Notes: generated by a model from the sequence alone, not told the origin. A stretch of DNA of 64,000 nt from Candidatus Woesearchaeota archaeon (GCA_014729505.1 WJJS01000001.1:12938-76937), one strand, 5' to 3'; counted from the first letter of the stretch, positions 9,895 through 19,687 are shown. Made by a program: numbers and translations.

Positions 9895-11898
9895 TTATTT
9901 CGAACTTTTGAGATACCAATTCCTCAAACGGACAACCTTATCAACAACAGAAGGATACATATAGAACTGACCATATTTTTTTGCAGTTTTACTCAGCAAC
10001 TTATCAAGCTCAAGCATTTTGTACATCACCTGAATAGCGTCCTTTTTGCGATCGTATCTAAACAATAATTTGACAAGTTCGACGCCATCATCAGGATGTT
10101 TGGTCAACTTGTAAAAAATCTCCGCGTGAGAAACAGCCTTATCAGGATCGCCCTTTTGCGCATACAGTATAGAGATTGCTCGATGATACTGGGCAATCCA
10201 GGGCTTCTTTTTATGAAACTCATCGAGCAACTGCATTGCCTCGTCTATTCTACCCTGCGCATGAAGAATCTCTGAGTGCGCATGAACAAGATCAAACTCG
10301 CGAGTCCAAGAAGGTGCTTTATCAAGCAAAGACAGTCCCTTTTTTGGTTTTCCAACAAACGCGAGCAACACTGCTTCCCACAAAAGAAGAAACTCATTAT
10401 GAGGCGCCCTCTTACGAGCTTGTTGTACCACTCGAAGAGCGCGATCGTGATTACCGACGTGACTTAACGCGTTTATCACATGCTCTTCATATTGAAGATC
10501 CTTCTTGTGATATGGCAATCCCCTCTCAAGATACGCCAAAGCCTTTTTTGCTTTACCGTCACTGCGAGCAATACGACTGCCAGTAAGATAGCCAGTCTGA
10601 TCCTTAGGATACCACTTGATAATTTTGTCAGCTATCGGATACGCTTTGCCAGGCTTACCGAAATGATCGAAATCTTCGAGAAGAACATACAATGCGCGAA
10701 AGTTTCTGGGAAACTTCATAAGGACTTTTTTTGCCAGATCGTAATACGAGGTCCAGTCATTGCATTTTCGCAGACACTCAAGAGCAGAAAGCCAATTATC
10801 CAGGGTAGGAGGTAAGGAAAGAAACACCTTAGCAGCTTCGCGAAACCGGCCGAGCTCACGCAAGCAGGTAGCCTTTGTTTCAAGCAACACTATTGAAGAA
10901 TACTGCTTTAACTTTTTGTTTATCTCCCGCAATTTCTCCCGTTCATTGCCCTGCGTAAACAAGACATGAGGGTACAATGATGGAAGTTTGTCAATCTCAG
11001 AAGCTCTCTTCGCATATTCATGCGCCTTTTTATTCTTGCCGATGGAGAAATACAACGCAGTCAATCGGTTACACACATCAGAATTTTCAGGTTGCAAGAC
11101 TGCAAGTTTTTCATAGTCAGCAATAGCTTTCTTGACTTGATCTGTTACCATAAACAAATCAGCTCGGGCAGTGAGAATGCCTTCATCAGGACCCATCAGA
11201 GATATTGCATGTGTAAGAAACTTCTCCGCTTCACTGAATTTTCCTTCGGCTTTAAGAGAATCCACATACACCACGTAATCATATTCTGCAAATGAAAAAT
11301 TCTCTGCAAACGCTTGAGCAAAAAACTTGTTGGCCTTTTTATGCTCATGATTGTCAAAATACCGGCGTGCAAGATCAAGAAGACTGCGTGCAAGACCAAA
11401 CTTACGATGAATTAACTTCAAGGTCTGCTTATACTTCTTGTCATTTCGAGCATAATAATACAGGTGAGCGAGATCTTCATAATGAGACACTTTAAATGGT
11501 TCGAGCTTGATGACTTTCTTCATCGCGCTAAGAGCTTTAGAACTGTTTGTTTCCCTAAACAACCAATACACACGAAGAGGCCAATACACATTATTTGGTT
11601 GCCTCCTCATATACCTACGCAAAAGCCTTTCTTCACCAACAGCGTCGTGAAGCTCCCTATAGACATCAACTTTACTTTGCATAACATCAATTTCTTCAAG
11701 ACCGCACTCTCTTGCTTTGTCAAGGATTGCCAAAGCCTCCTTTTTCTTTTTGAGCTTAGAGAGTAACTCTGCTTTTCTCTGCAAATACAAAGGATGGCGA
11801 GGATTCTTTTCCAAAGCTCTATTGACGATGCGAAGCTGTTGACTAGTTGGTAAGTACGGATTAACAAACGGGAACACGGAATAGGTACAAGTCTTCAT
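9895..11898 (-). CDS. TPR-repeat protein
   Basis: It contains many 34-aa TPR-like repeats rich in A, L, Y and K. The track ORF extends to 12060, but the N-terminal extension looks non-coding, so the probable start is the MKTCTYSVFPF ATG near 11898. Confidence 0.6.
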   Translation of the reverse strand: MKTCTYSVFPFVNPYLPTSQQLRIVNRALEKNPRHPLYLQRKAELLSKLKKKKEALAILDKARECGLEEIDVMQSKVDVYRELHDAVGEERLLRRYMRRQPNNVYWPLRVYWLFRETNSSKALSAMKKVIKLEPFKVSHYEDLAHLYYYARNDKKYKQTLKLIHRKFGLARSLLDLARRYFDNHEHKKANKFFAQAFAENFSFAEYDYVVYVDSLKAEGKFSEAEKFLTHAISLMGPDEGILTARADLFMVTDQVKKAIADYEKLAVLQPENSDVCNRLTALYFSIGKNKKAHEYAKRASEIDKLPSLYPHVLFTQGNEREKLREINKKLKQYSSIVLLETKATCLRELGRFREAAKVFLSLPPTLDNWLSALECLRKCNDWTSYYDLAKKVLMKFPRNFRALYVLLEDFDHFGKPGKAYPIADKIIKWYPKDQTGYLTGSRIARSDGKAKKALAYLERGLPYHKKDLQYEEHVINALSHVGNHDRALRVVQQARKRAPHNEFLLLWEAVLLAFVGKPKKGLSLLDKAPSWTREFDLVHAHSEILHAQGRIDEAMQLLDEFHKKKPWIAQYHRAISILYAQKGDPDKAVSHAEIFYKLTKHPDDGVELVKLLFRYDRKKDAIQVMYKMLELDKLLSKTAKKYGQFYMYPSVVDKVVRLRNWYLKSSK

Positions 11899-11953
11899 AG
11901 AGTAACACCTAAGTCGAGAAAAGTTTAAATAGTATAAAAACCATACTGTTTTC

Positions 11954-12124
11954 ATGGCCAAATTGACACTACGATGCACTTCATGCAACTGGAAATTCCG
12001 CAGAGTATACGAACCAAAACTGTGTCCTAATTGTGGCAAAGCCACCGTAGAAAAAGACAAACGTCAAGGCGCTTCTGACATTCTGCGAGAACTCGACGAG
12101 ATGCAGTCGGGTTTTGATCGCTAA
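11954..12124 (+). CDS. Small zinc-ribbon protein (CxxC...CxxC), 56 aa
   Basis: The sequence is MAKLTLRCTSCNWKFRRVYEPKLCPNCGKATVEKDKRQ.... It is below the ORF-track size cutoff and was found by manual translation. Confidence 0.45.
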   Translation: MAKLTLRCTSCNWKFRRVYEPKLCPNCGKATVEKDKRQGASDILRELDEMQSGFDR

Positions 12125-12159
12125 CTACATTCTTGTCTATTCTTTTTCAGAACACTATT

Positions 12160-13257
12160 CTACGACACTTCGTGAGTTTTGTACACCACATTAAGCGCAT
12201 CAAGATTGCGCAGCACATACATGCCATCATTTTCTACAGTGCCAAGATCACTCCATGTCGCCTGAATACCCTGATAGTACTGAGCCTCTTTATTGAACAA
12301 CACTGTTGGCGTAACGTTAATAGCATATCTTGACATCAAACGCTGACCATCAGGACTGGACACATCATAGGACACCTGACTCAAGAACACCATACCAAAA
12401 TTATCCTCAAAAATGGAAGTTACTGCGGAAGTATCAGAACAGGTCTCACACGTTTCATCAGTAAGAATAATCATAGTCGCTAATCCTCTCACGGTCTTTT
12501 CTTCACGATCAACATAGGGAGCAGGAGTATCACGAAGCACGTATTTACCATCTGACTCCACAGAACCAATACTCTGCCAGCCAGCACGAATAAACTCATA
12601 CTCAGAAGCATCATTTGAAAGAATAAGAGAAGGCGTTCTTGTAATATTATAATGATCAAGAAGACGCTGACCGTCAGCACTGGATGATTCAATCGTTTCA
12701 ATAGCTGAAAAGACCATCCCATTCAGTTCCAACTGCGAAAGCAAACGCTGAGTATCAAAACATTCAGGACAATTCTCATCCTCAAGAACAAGAGCAGTCA
12801 CCAAACCAAATACTTCGCCATCAAGATTAGAATACGGAACAAGAGAGTCAGACAAGACATAACCACTATCACTTTTTACAAACAAAGGAATCTGATCAAG
12901 ACGAGGATCAGCACCCTCAATAACAATAGCCGGCAATTTTTCAATAGAGAACTCCTCAATCAAAGATACTGCCTGGGCTTGCGTCTTATACTCCACTTCT
13001 TCAAAGACAAGACCTGCAAGTTCCAAAGCCTGAACAATCTCAGACGCGTTTACACACTGATCACAAAACGGTTGAATAACAGTTGCACGCAGTGAGGATG
13101 ATTCACTAGGCACAATGTCAATAACCGGTTCCTCGCCAGCGCGAGAAACGTAAAAAGACAAGATCACATTAGCCAACGTTGCAATAACAATCAAAACAAC
13201 GAGCAATACATGCAGCGTCGTCCACGGTGATTGCATCTTTTTTGCTGACATAGACAA
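12160..13257 (-). CDS. Membrane-anchored protein with three tandem thioredoxin-like CxxC repeats
   Basis: It has an N-terminal TM helix followed by three ~100-aa repeats, each with a CxxC pair (CDQC, CPEC, CETC). Each repeat also carries conserved G(M/L)VF ... DGQRL(L/M) ... Y(N/A)I..TP ... W..(I/L)G.VE.DG.YVL blocks. Confidence 0.6.
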   Translation of the reverse strand: MSMSAKKMQSPWTTLHVLLVVLIVIATLANVILSFYVSRAGEEPVIDIVPSESSSLRATVIQPFCDQCVNASEIVQALELAGLVFEEVEYKTQAQAVSLIEEFSIEKLPAIVIEGADPRLDQIPLFVKSDSGYVLSDSLVPYSNLDGEVFGLVTALVLEDENCPECFDTQRLLSQLELNGMVFSAIETIESSSADGQRLLDHYNITRTPSLILSNDASEYEFIRAGWQSIGSVESDGKYVLRDTPAPYVDREEKTVRGLATMIILTDETCETCSDTSAVTSIFEDNFGMVFLSQVSYDVSSPDGQRLMSRYAINVTPTVLFNKEAQYYQGIQATWSDLGTVENDGMYVLRNLDALNVVYKTHEVS

Positions 13258-13367
13258 AAACCATTAGAGGAGATATTTAAGTATTATCGTACTGCAGGCA
13301 CACTTTGCAATACCTATAAACAACCTGTATTGAAACATTTAAATAATCTGACGGACGAGAGACTCAT

Positions 13368-15044
13368 ATGGACCTGACAGATCTCATACGGGAACTGGCA
13401 CTGCGCAATGCCGCAAAATTTGGCAAAGCAAACGCTAACGCTGTACTGGGATCAGTACTCAAAGCACGACCAGAACAAAAACAACACATCAACCTTATCA
13501 AACAACACGTACAAGGCATTGTCAATGAAATCAACACTCTTGACAGCAAGACATTACAACAAGCAATCGCCGCGTTACCAGAAAAAGAAAAAGAAACGCC
13601 AAAAGAAAAAACACTCAAAGACCTGCCAAACGTCAGTAATAGTGTCATCATGCGCTTTGCACCATCACCCTCAGGACCGCTGCACATAGCACACGCTTAT
13701 GGACTCAGTCTGAATTATCATTATGCAAAGCGATACCATGGCACATTCCTCTTTCGCATAGAAGACACGAACCCAGAAAACATCTATGCGCCTGCATATG
13801 ATATGATGGTCGAAGATGCACAATGGCTTACGAATAACGGCATAGATCATGTCATCATACAATCAGACCGGTTAGGCCGGTATTATGACATTGCAGAACA
13901 ACTAGTCGACAAAGAGAAGGCATACGTTTGTACATGCAACAGCGATGAATTTCGCACACTTCTCTTCAAAAAAACAGCCTGTCCATGCCGCACGGCAGGA
14001 GTCAAAGAGCACCTTAAACGCTACGCAGCAATGTTTTCAAGCTACAAACCAGGAGAAGCCGTCTTACGAAGCAAAACAGATATCACACACAAAAATCCGG
14101 CCATGAGAGATTTTCCACTCATGAGAATAAACGAGCATCCACATCCGCGCACAGGCACAGAACACCGCGTTTGGCCACTCATGAATCTTGCAGTATTTGT
14201 CGACGACATGGATTACCACGTCACACACATCATTCGAGCAAAAGAACACCGTGATAATGCAGCACGACAAGAATTTCTCTACAACGCGTTTGACCATCCA
14301 GTACCAGTAACGCTCTTTGTTGGACGCATCAATTTTACTGATATGAAAGTTAGCTGTAGTGCAACAAAAGCAGCAATAGAAGAAGGAAAATATACGGGAT
14401 GGGAAGATATACGATTACCTTTTCTACGACCATTACGACGACGAGGATACCAACAAGAAGCATTTATGAAATACGCCATAGAGATAGGCATCAGTCAAGC
14501 AGACAAAACAGTCAAAAAAGAAGAATACTTCAAAACACTCAATGCATTCAACAAAGATATTATCGATGCACATGCGAACCGCTACTTTTTCTTGCACGAT
14601 CCCGTACCGGTACACATTACCGACGTGGAACAAAAAACAATAACAATAGCTCTACATCCCGATGTCAAAGACCGAGGACTGCGAACCTTTAAGATTAACG
14701 GACACTTTTTACTAGAACGAAAAGATGTAGAACAATTACCAGACGGATTGCACAGGCTCATGGACTGCCTGAACTTTATCAAAAAAGGACAACAATTCAC
14801 CTTTCATTCATTTGCCTATGACGTGTTCAAACAAGAAGGACAACACATACTCCACTGGCTACCAGCACAAGACACACAACAAGTAATTGTACACCAGCCC
14901 GACGGAAAACAATTACAGGGAGTTGGAGAAACAACATTACAGGAAGTAGAAATCGGATCACTCATACAGTTTGAACGATTCGGATTTGCACGACTGGACG
15001 CTCACACAAGACAAGCACTAGAATTCTGGTATGCTCACAGATAA
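13368..15044 (+). CDS. gltX: Glutamate--tRNA ligase (archaeal type)
   Basis: The class I HIGH motif sits in RFAPSPSGPLHIAHAYG. The protein is 558 aa. A TTTAAATA box lies about 25 nt upstream of the ATG. Confidence 0.9.
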   Translation: MDLTDLIRELALRNAAKFGKANANAVLGSVLKARPEQKQHINLIKQHVQGIVNEINTLDSKTLQQAIAALPEKEKETPKEKTLKDLPNVSNSVIMRFAPSPSGPLHIAHAYGLSLNYHYAKRYHGTFLFRIEDTNPENIYAPAYDMMVEDAQWLTNNGIDHVIIQSDRLGRYYDIAEQLVDKEKAYVCTCNSDEFRTLLFKKTACPCRTAGVKEHLKRYAAMFSSYKPGEAVLRSKTDITHKNPAMRDFPLMRINEHPHPRTGTEHRVWPLMNLAVFVDDMDYHVTHIIRAKEHRDNAARQEFLYNAFDHPVPVTLFVGRINFTDMKVSCSATKAAIEEGKYTGWEDIRLPFLRPLRRRGYQQEAFMKYAIEIGISQADKTVKKEEYFKTLNAFNKDIIDAHANRYFFLHDPVPVHITDVEQKTITIALHPDVKDRGLRTFKINGHFLLERKDVEQLPDGLHRLMDCLNFIKKGQQFTFHSFAYDVFKQEGQHILHWLPAQDTQQVIVHQPDGKQLQGVGETTLQEVEIGSLIQFERFGFARLDAHTRQALEFWYAHR

Positions 15045-15565
15045 GATTCTTCCAATTCCTTTATTTTATCCTTTAACAACTTAATATGCTTAGCAATATC
15101 TTTCATATCCTGAGCAGAATGCTCACCGGATTTTCTCTCTTCCTTATACTGTTTTTCCAACATCTCCAAACCTTCCTTAAGCTTGACCACTTCATACTTT
15201 TTAGGTTGAGTAACGGAGAAAATCTTTTCCTCAAGTTTTTTCAAACGCTTCTCACGATTCTCGCGCGTATCAAGATATCGAGACAATTTCTCCTGCAATT
15301 TATCAATCTTCATTAACAATTCATTATGTTCGCGTTCCTCCTGCATCTGGCGCGAAAGAATCTTCTTTTCATTCTCCAACGCTTCAGAAACAGTCGCTTC
15401 AAGCTGATGAATATCCTTTTCAAAAGTTTCAGGAGAAATAGTCTTCAGACGATTAATAGCCATACGAACCTTCTCACGAGAACGCTCGCGCTCTTCAAGA
15501 CGTTTATTGGATTGTCCTAAATAATACAAAAGCGTGCGAACCTTAGAAACATCAAATGCCAACAT
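15035..15565 (-). CDS. Coiled-coil protein, hypothetical
   Basis: 176 aa, heptad-rich and full of E, K and L, with no recognised catalytic motif. Confidence 0.45.
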   Translation of the reverse strand: MLAFDVSKVRTLLYYLGQSNKRLEERERSREKVRMAINRLKTISPETFEKDIHQLEATVSEALENEKKILSRQMQEEREHNELLMKIDKLQEKLSRYLDTRENREKRLKKLEEKIFSVTQPKKYEVVKLKEGLEMLEKQYKEERKSGEHSAQDMKDIAKHIKLLKDKIKELEESYL

Positions 15566-15566
15566 A

Positions 15567-15989
15567 TCACTTAGGAGGGGGAGGAGGAATATCGTTAGTC
15601 GTTACTTCAGGTTCTGGAGGTAGCGATCCAGACATGCCACCCTGCGTAATCGACTCATGAATATCAGTCAACGTAGGAGCAATCACTTCTTGAAGTACAT
15701 CAGTCATAGCACCAACCTGCTTTTCCAATCGATCAATACGATTAACCACTGGTTTAATCTTGTCAGCGAACAATAATCCACCCTCTTCAATATGAATTTC
15801 GCGCAACGCCTCTTCAAAAATGTTCAACAATTTCTCAATATTTCGATTCAACTCCACAATAGAAATATGCAATCGCTTTGTTGGCGTGATATCCATCTCT
15901 TTTAGCGATTCCAACTCTTTTTTGAGATCTGCAATTTCCTGGTGTGGAAGAAGTTCATAATGTTCGGTATCCTTAGCCATAACAGTCAC
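15567..15989 (-). CDS. Coiled-coil protein with a proline-rich C-terminus, hypothetical
   Basis: 140 aa, ending in ...DIPPPPPK. It is separated by 1 nt from the downstream coiled-coil gene. Confidence 0.45.
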   Translation of the reverse strand: MTVMAKDTEHYELLPHQEIADLKKELESLKEMDITPTKRLHISIVELNRNIEKLLNIFEEALREIHIEEGGLLFADKIKPVVNRIDRLEKQVGAMTDVLQEVIAPTLTDIHESITQGGMSGSLPPEPEVTTNDIPPPPPK

Positions 15990-16036
15990 CCTTTTTTTCC
16001 TTAATCAGGGGTAAACGCTATATAAACGTTTCGTCC

Positions 16037-16831
16037 CTATTTTCGCGTTGATTTCCTGCTTTTTTTCTTCGTTGCCTTCTTCTTTTTACGCGAAACAGAT
16101 TTTTTTGCGGTTTTCTTTACAGGTTTTTTTGCTTCTTTAGACCTGCCCGTTGATTTTTTAACATTTTTTTTACGCGCCTTGATCGAAGGAATAACCGGTT
16201 CTTCAGGTTCCACAAGAGGAGACTTACTGCGACGACGAGAACGCCAAGCGCCTACCATGATCATGATAAACACTCCAATGAGTACAATCATAAGAGCAGA
16301 AAAGAACGTCACGCCGGAGACTCCCTGAATGATGCCAGTAAAAAAATACCCTGTCCATGCAAGAGCAAACAGCACGTACAGTACCACCGCAATCGTCGCT
16401 ACCGCCTTGACCAAGAAGTCAGCAATCCTGCTTGACGGAAACATAAGCAAGATAGGCAACAATACCAAAACAAATGCGATAATAAGAAGAAAAAGCGATA
16501 CAATAAGAGCGACAACAAGGAAAAAAGACGTAACAGTCACATACGACCATGCAATAAGATGCTGCATATATGAAGCTTGAGCGCCAACAACGAGCGTTGT
16601 CACATACGTATATGCCGCAGCAAGAACCACACCAATAACACAGTATGACCAGCGAACTACAGCACGCGCAACAGGATGGGCAACGTCACGAAGACCTGCC
16701 TTAACAAAAGAAAACAACAACGCAGCAACAGCAATAATAATAGCGGATTCCCACAATACCGTAGAACTCACCGTTTGAGCGATATCATGAGGCCTCCACA
16801 ATAAGGAGAGAAAAGCATACCAGTCGATCAT
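16037..16831 (-). CDS. Polytopic membrane protein with a poly-Lys C-terminal tail
   Basis: About 6 TM helices are followed by KARKKNVKKSTGRSKEAKKPVKKTAKKSVSRKKKKATKKKSRKSTRK. Confidence 0.5.
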   Translation of the reverse strand: MIDWYAFLSLLWRPHDIAQTVSSTVLWESAIIIAVAALLFSFVKAGLRDVAHPVARAVVRWSYCVIGVVLAAAYTYVTTLVVGAQASYMQHLIAWSYVTVTSFFLVVALIVSLFLLIIAFVLVLLPILLMFPSSRIADFLVKAVATIAVVLYVLFALAWTGYFFTGIIQGVSGVTFFSALMIVLIGVFIMIMVGAWRSRRRSKSPLVEPEEPVIPSIKARKKNVKKSTGRSKEAKKPVKKTAKKSVSRKKKKATKKKSRKSTRK

Positions 16832-17517
16832 TTTTTATTCCTCTTTCTTACTTTACGAGTCCTGGTAGTATAAGTTTCTTTCGCTGCTGTCGCTCTACGA
16901 AAAAAACCAGAACCTCGCTCAAGAAGACGACCCCACACGCCACGAGCAGAACCGATCAGTGCTGCACCGATTACTGCAAACAATACAACAGCTGCAGAGG
17001 AAAAGCGACTGATCTCGTTTGCATGAGCAACAGAAGTAATATGAACGATCAAACCAAAAAGGAAGGAAACAAACGAAAAGATCCACGTACAAATGACGAT
17101 CCATCCAATTATTGAAGGCATTTTATCATTTTTAACTACTCCTCGATTTTCGAAGAATACATACGTCCTAAGAAACAGAAAGTAAAGACCTGCAAGGAGA
17201 ATACCATACACCCCGATAATCACTGTAACAGTCAACATTACATAGAGCAAAAAAGCCACATTGATCTGAAAATCCACCACGCCACTAAAAAGAGCGCTTG
17301 CCAGAGTGATATATACCCAGTATCCTAGAAGAAACGCTGCAGTAGCAGCAAAACGTACCGCCCTGGTCTTCAAAGAAATAAGGACTTCATGTTTGCGTTT
17401 TCCGCTGCCAAGCGCTGCAAGAGCGAGCAGAATCACCACACCAATAGAAATGGTGATGCCCTCAATAAAATGTGCGGGCGGCACAGCCACTGAAATGATA
17501 AAATCACTGAATGTCAT
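16828..17517 (-). CDS. Polytopic membrane protein with a basic C-terminal tail, possibly a paralogue of the downstream gene
   Basis: Hydrophobic, with a tail RRATAAKETYTTRTRKVRKRNKK. It overlaps the next gene by 4 nt. Confidence 0.5.
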   Translation of the reverse strand: MTFSDFIISVAVPPAHFIEGITISIGVVILLALAALGSGKRKHEVLISLKTRAVRFAATAAFLLGYWVYITLASALFSGVVDFQINVAFLLYVMLTVTVIIGVYGILLAGLYFLFLRTYVFFENRGVVKNDKMPSIIGWIVICTWIFSFVSFLFGLIVHITSVAHANEISRFSSAAVVLFAVIGAALIGSARGVWGRLLERGSGFFRRATAAKETYTTRTRKVRKRNKK

Positions 17518-17605
17518 AGTCTCTTTTTTATTGCAGGAAAAAGTTCAAAGTTATAAACTTTTCAGCGACAATTTTTTAAAGAATCCGATGAAAAAGCATC
17601 CGTAC

Positions 17606-17640
17606 GGGCCGGTAGCTCAACCTGGTAGAGTGCTCCGTTG
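17606..17640 (+). repeat. Direct repeat: duplicate of tRNA-Ala nt 1-35 (5' segment)
   Basis: GGGCCGGTAGCTCAACCTGGTAGAGTGCTCCGTTG is identical to 17730-17764. Confidence 0.85.
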
Positions 17641-17696
17641 CGATGCTTTCGCCCATCGACAGCGAGGTCCGATCTCACTTGCGTGAGATCCGACAG
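17641..17696 (+). repeat. Conserved ~55-nt hairpin element (copy 1), tRNA-associated
   Basis: CGATGCTTTCGCCCATCGACAGCGAGGTCCGATCTCACTTGCGTGAGATCCGACAG contains a 12-bp hairpin, TCCGATCTCAC/GTGAGATCCGAC. It matches 20053-20108 at about 85% identity. Confidence 0.7.
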
Positions 17697-17729
17697 TTTT
17701 ATGAATAGGTGTTTTTAGTATACGTTTAT

Positions 17730-17803
17730 GGGCCGGTAGCTCAACCTGGTAGAGTGCTCCGTTGGCTTCGGAGAGGCTGCGGGTTCAAATCCCGCTCGGT
17801 CCA
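17730..17803 (+). tRNA. tRNA-Ala (anticodon GGC), no intron
   Basis: Manual fold: acceptor GGGCCGG/TCGGTCC with G3:U70, D-arm GCTC-AACCTGGTA-GAGT, anticodon stem CTCCG/CGGAG with loop TTGGCTT, T-arm GCGGG-TTCAAAT-CCCGC and discriminator A. Confidence 0.85.
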
Positions 17804-17857
17804 TGGGTGGCCTTGACGCCCTTTTTTTGATCAAACTTTTTGTAAAAGTTTGCGGTT

Positions 17858-17879
17858 AGAGGCTGCGGGTTCAAATCCC
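17858..17879 (+). repeat. Partial duplicate of the tRNA-Ala 3' portion (variable arm plus 5' T-arm)
   Basis: AGAGGCTGCGGGTTCAAATCCC matches tRNA-Ala nt 44-65 but lacks the acceptor 3' strand. Confidence 0.7.
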
Positions 17880-18127
17880 TTCAGGCTCATCTTGAAACTG
17901 CTCGCGCAGTTTCGTGTTTTTTCACCTGCGATGAAATGCGGCACTCAACCAACTGCTGAAACCCCTCTCACACCATTCTTCAGACCAGTTCTCGACCACA
18001 CCATGGCCCGAACGGTGCGCTTGCTGCCTATAGTCGTCAACAACACGGTAGTTTTACCGGATCTTATCCTTCTTGTTTTACGATTTGTCCACAAGGTTTA
18101 TCAATGAGAGCGTGACAACACCATATT

Positions 18128-18754
18128 ATGGGGGCGTTACTCTTTGACTTTTGGGGAACATTGCTAGATCACGGCACGTACAGTCCTATTCGACAAACAT
18201 ACAAGATCATGCGACCACGCATGAGATTTGGTGATTTTGTTCCTCGATTCGAACAAGCTTTTATGACCGCCACATTCGAATCACAAGAACAGGCGTTTAA
18301 GGCGGCAGCAGAAGAACTCCACGTACGGCTCAAACCATTCATGGTTGACAAACTTATAGGTTTATGGAACAAAAGCCGTCTTCTCGCACAACCATACCCA
18401 GAAACATTTACTGTTCTTGAAGATCTCAAAAAAGAACACAAACTCGTCCTCTTGTCCAATACAGATTGTTTTGTAGAATCAGTGCTTAATAAATTTGAGA
18501 TAGAAAAATACTTCGATCTTATAGCACTATCATACCAAACCGGACTACTCAAGCAAGACGCGAAATCATTTGCATTAGTAGCAAAAAAACTGAAAATGAA
18601 AAAAAATGATCTCATCATGATTGGTGACAGCATGGAAACAGACATAAACGGAGCGGAACGCGCAGGAGTGCGAGCGATACTTGTAGATCGACGTGATCGA
18701 CGAGCACACGATCCAAAGATTGCAGATCTGACAGGACTCAAGGAGGTACTGTAA
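18128..18754 (+). CDS. HAD-superfamily hydrolase
   Basis: The N-terminus is LLFDFWGTLLD (motif I DxD-like) and the C-terminus is IMIGDSMETDINGAERAGV. Confidence 0.7.
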   Translation: MGALLFDFWGTLLDHGTYSPIRQTYKIMRPRMRFGDFVPRFEQAFMTATFESQEQAFKAAAEELHVRLKPFMVDKLIGLWNKSRLLAQPYPETFTVLEDLKKEHKLVLLSNTDCFVESVLNKFEIEKYFDLIALSYQTGLLKQDAKSFALVAKKLKMKKNDLIMIGDSMETDINGAERAGVRAILVDRRDRRAHDPKIADLTGLKEVL

Positions 18755-19161
18755 TGGACTGTTTGTTTTGCAAGATCGCGAAAAAAGAAATGCCAAGCGA
18801 AGTCCTCTACGAAGACGACGATATTTTTTGCTTCTTAGACATTAGGCCAATCAACAAAGGACACGCACTTATCATACCAAAACAACACCACGAAAACCTC
18901 TTTGATACGCCAGACGACTTGCTCAGCAAACTGATCATTACCGCCAAAAAACTAGGAAAGGTCATCCTGAACACCGTACAAGCTGACGGTCTTAATCTGG
19001 GCATGAACAACAAGCCAGCAGCAGGACAAGTAATTTTTCACACACACTTACATGTCATGCCGCGATTTGAAGATGACGGACATACACACTGGAAAGGAAA
19101 AGAAACAACAAAAACAGAGCGCGAAGCAGTAGCAGAAAAAATCAAAGAACAACTGCACTAG
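18754..19161 (+). CDS. HIT-family (histidine triad) protein
   Basis: CLFCKI at the N-terminus and HTHLHVMPR as the histidine triad. Confidence 0.8.
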   Translation: MDCLFCKIAKKEMPSEVLYEDDDIFCFLDIRPINKGHALIIPKQHHENLFDTPDDLLSKLIITAKKLGKVILNTVQADGLNLGMNNKPAAGQVIFHTHLHVMPRFEDDGHTHWKGKETTKTEREAVAEKIKEQLH

Positions 19162-19257
19162 CAAGAGCGCTATACTCCACATATTTCTTAAGTATACCTG
19201 CAGCTAAATGATAAAAATAGTCTGTGCGTTCTTTTTACTTCCATTCTTTTAAAAGAG

Positions 19258-19542
19258 GTGTTAATCGTGTCCCAAAAACAATTTACAACAGTATCGATCA
19301 TAGTCTTTCTCGTTTTGCTGAGCAGTACAGTACTCGCTATCTGCGATCAAACAATTGGAACATCAACAACGCTCAGTAGCGATATCGTGAACTGCAGCAC
19401 AACAAATGGGGTAACCATAAACTCGTCAAACGTCGTGCTGGATTGTGCAGGTCACACGATAATGAGCAATGGGACAGGTCTGCTCAATATTTACGGTGTG
19501 GAAGTAGAACCGGGATTAACAAATGTGACTATACAAAACTGA
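19258..19542 (+). CDS. Signal-peptide protein fragment, beta-helix-like start; possibly the 5' part of a disrupted surface protein
   Basis: A signal/TM segment is followed by CAGHTIMSNGTGLL, then a stop. Confidence 0.3.
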   Translation: MLIVSQKQFTTVSIIVFLVLLSSTVLAICDQTIGTSTTLSSDIVNCSTTNGVTINSSNVVLDCAGHTIMSNGTGLLNIYGVEVEPGLTNVTIQN

Positions 19543-19687
19543 AACATAAACGGATACTGCAGAACTACGCATTAATGGAGGAATTGTCAATATTAGACAA
19601 GGACGAAGCGTTAACGTAGATCTTGACAATGATAATAAAGCCGATCTGGTCATAACGACAACTAGCGTAGAGTACAGCACACTTGGA

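Noticed and set aside
17653-17697. Hairpin element as an H/ACA or C/D box sRNA
   Set aside because: The stem is perfectly paired with no pseudouridylation pocket or K-turn. No ACA, C or D boxes sit in register.
17850-18107. 85-aa ORF downstream of tRNA-Ala
   Set aside because: It starts inside the partial tRNA-Ala 3' duplicate and has no supporting motifs. It is probably non-coding intergenic sequence.
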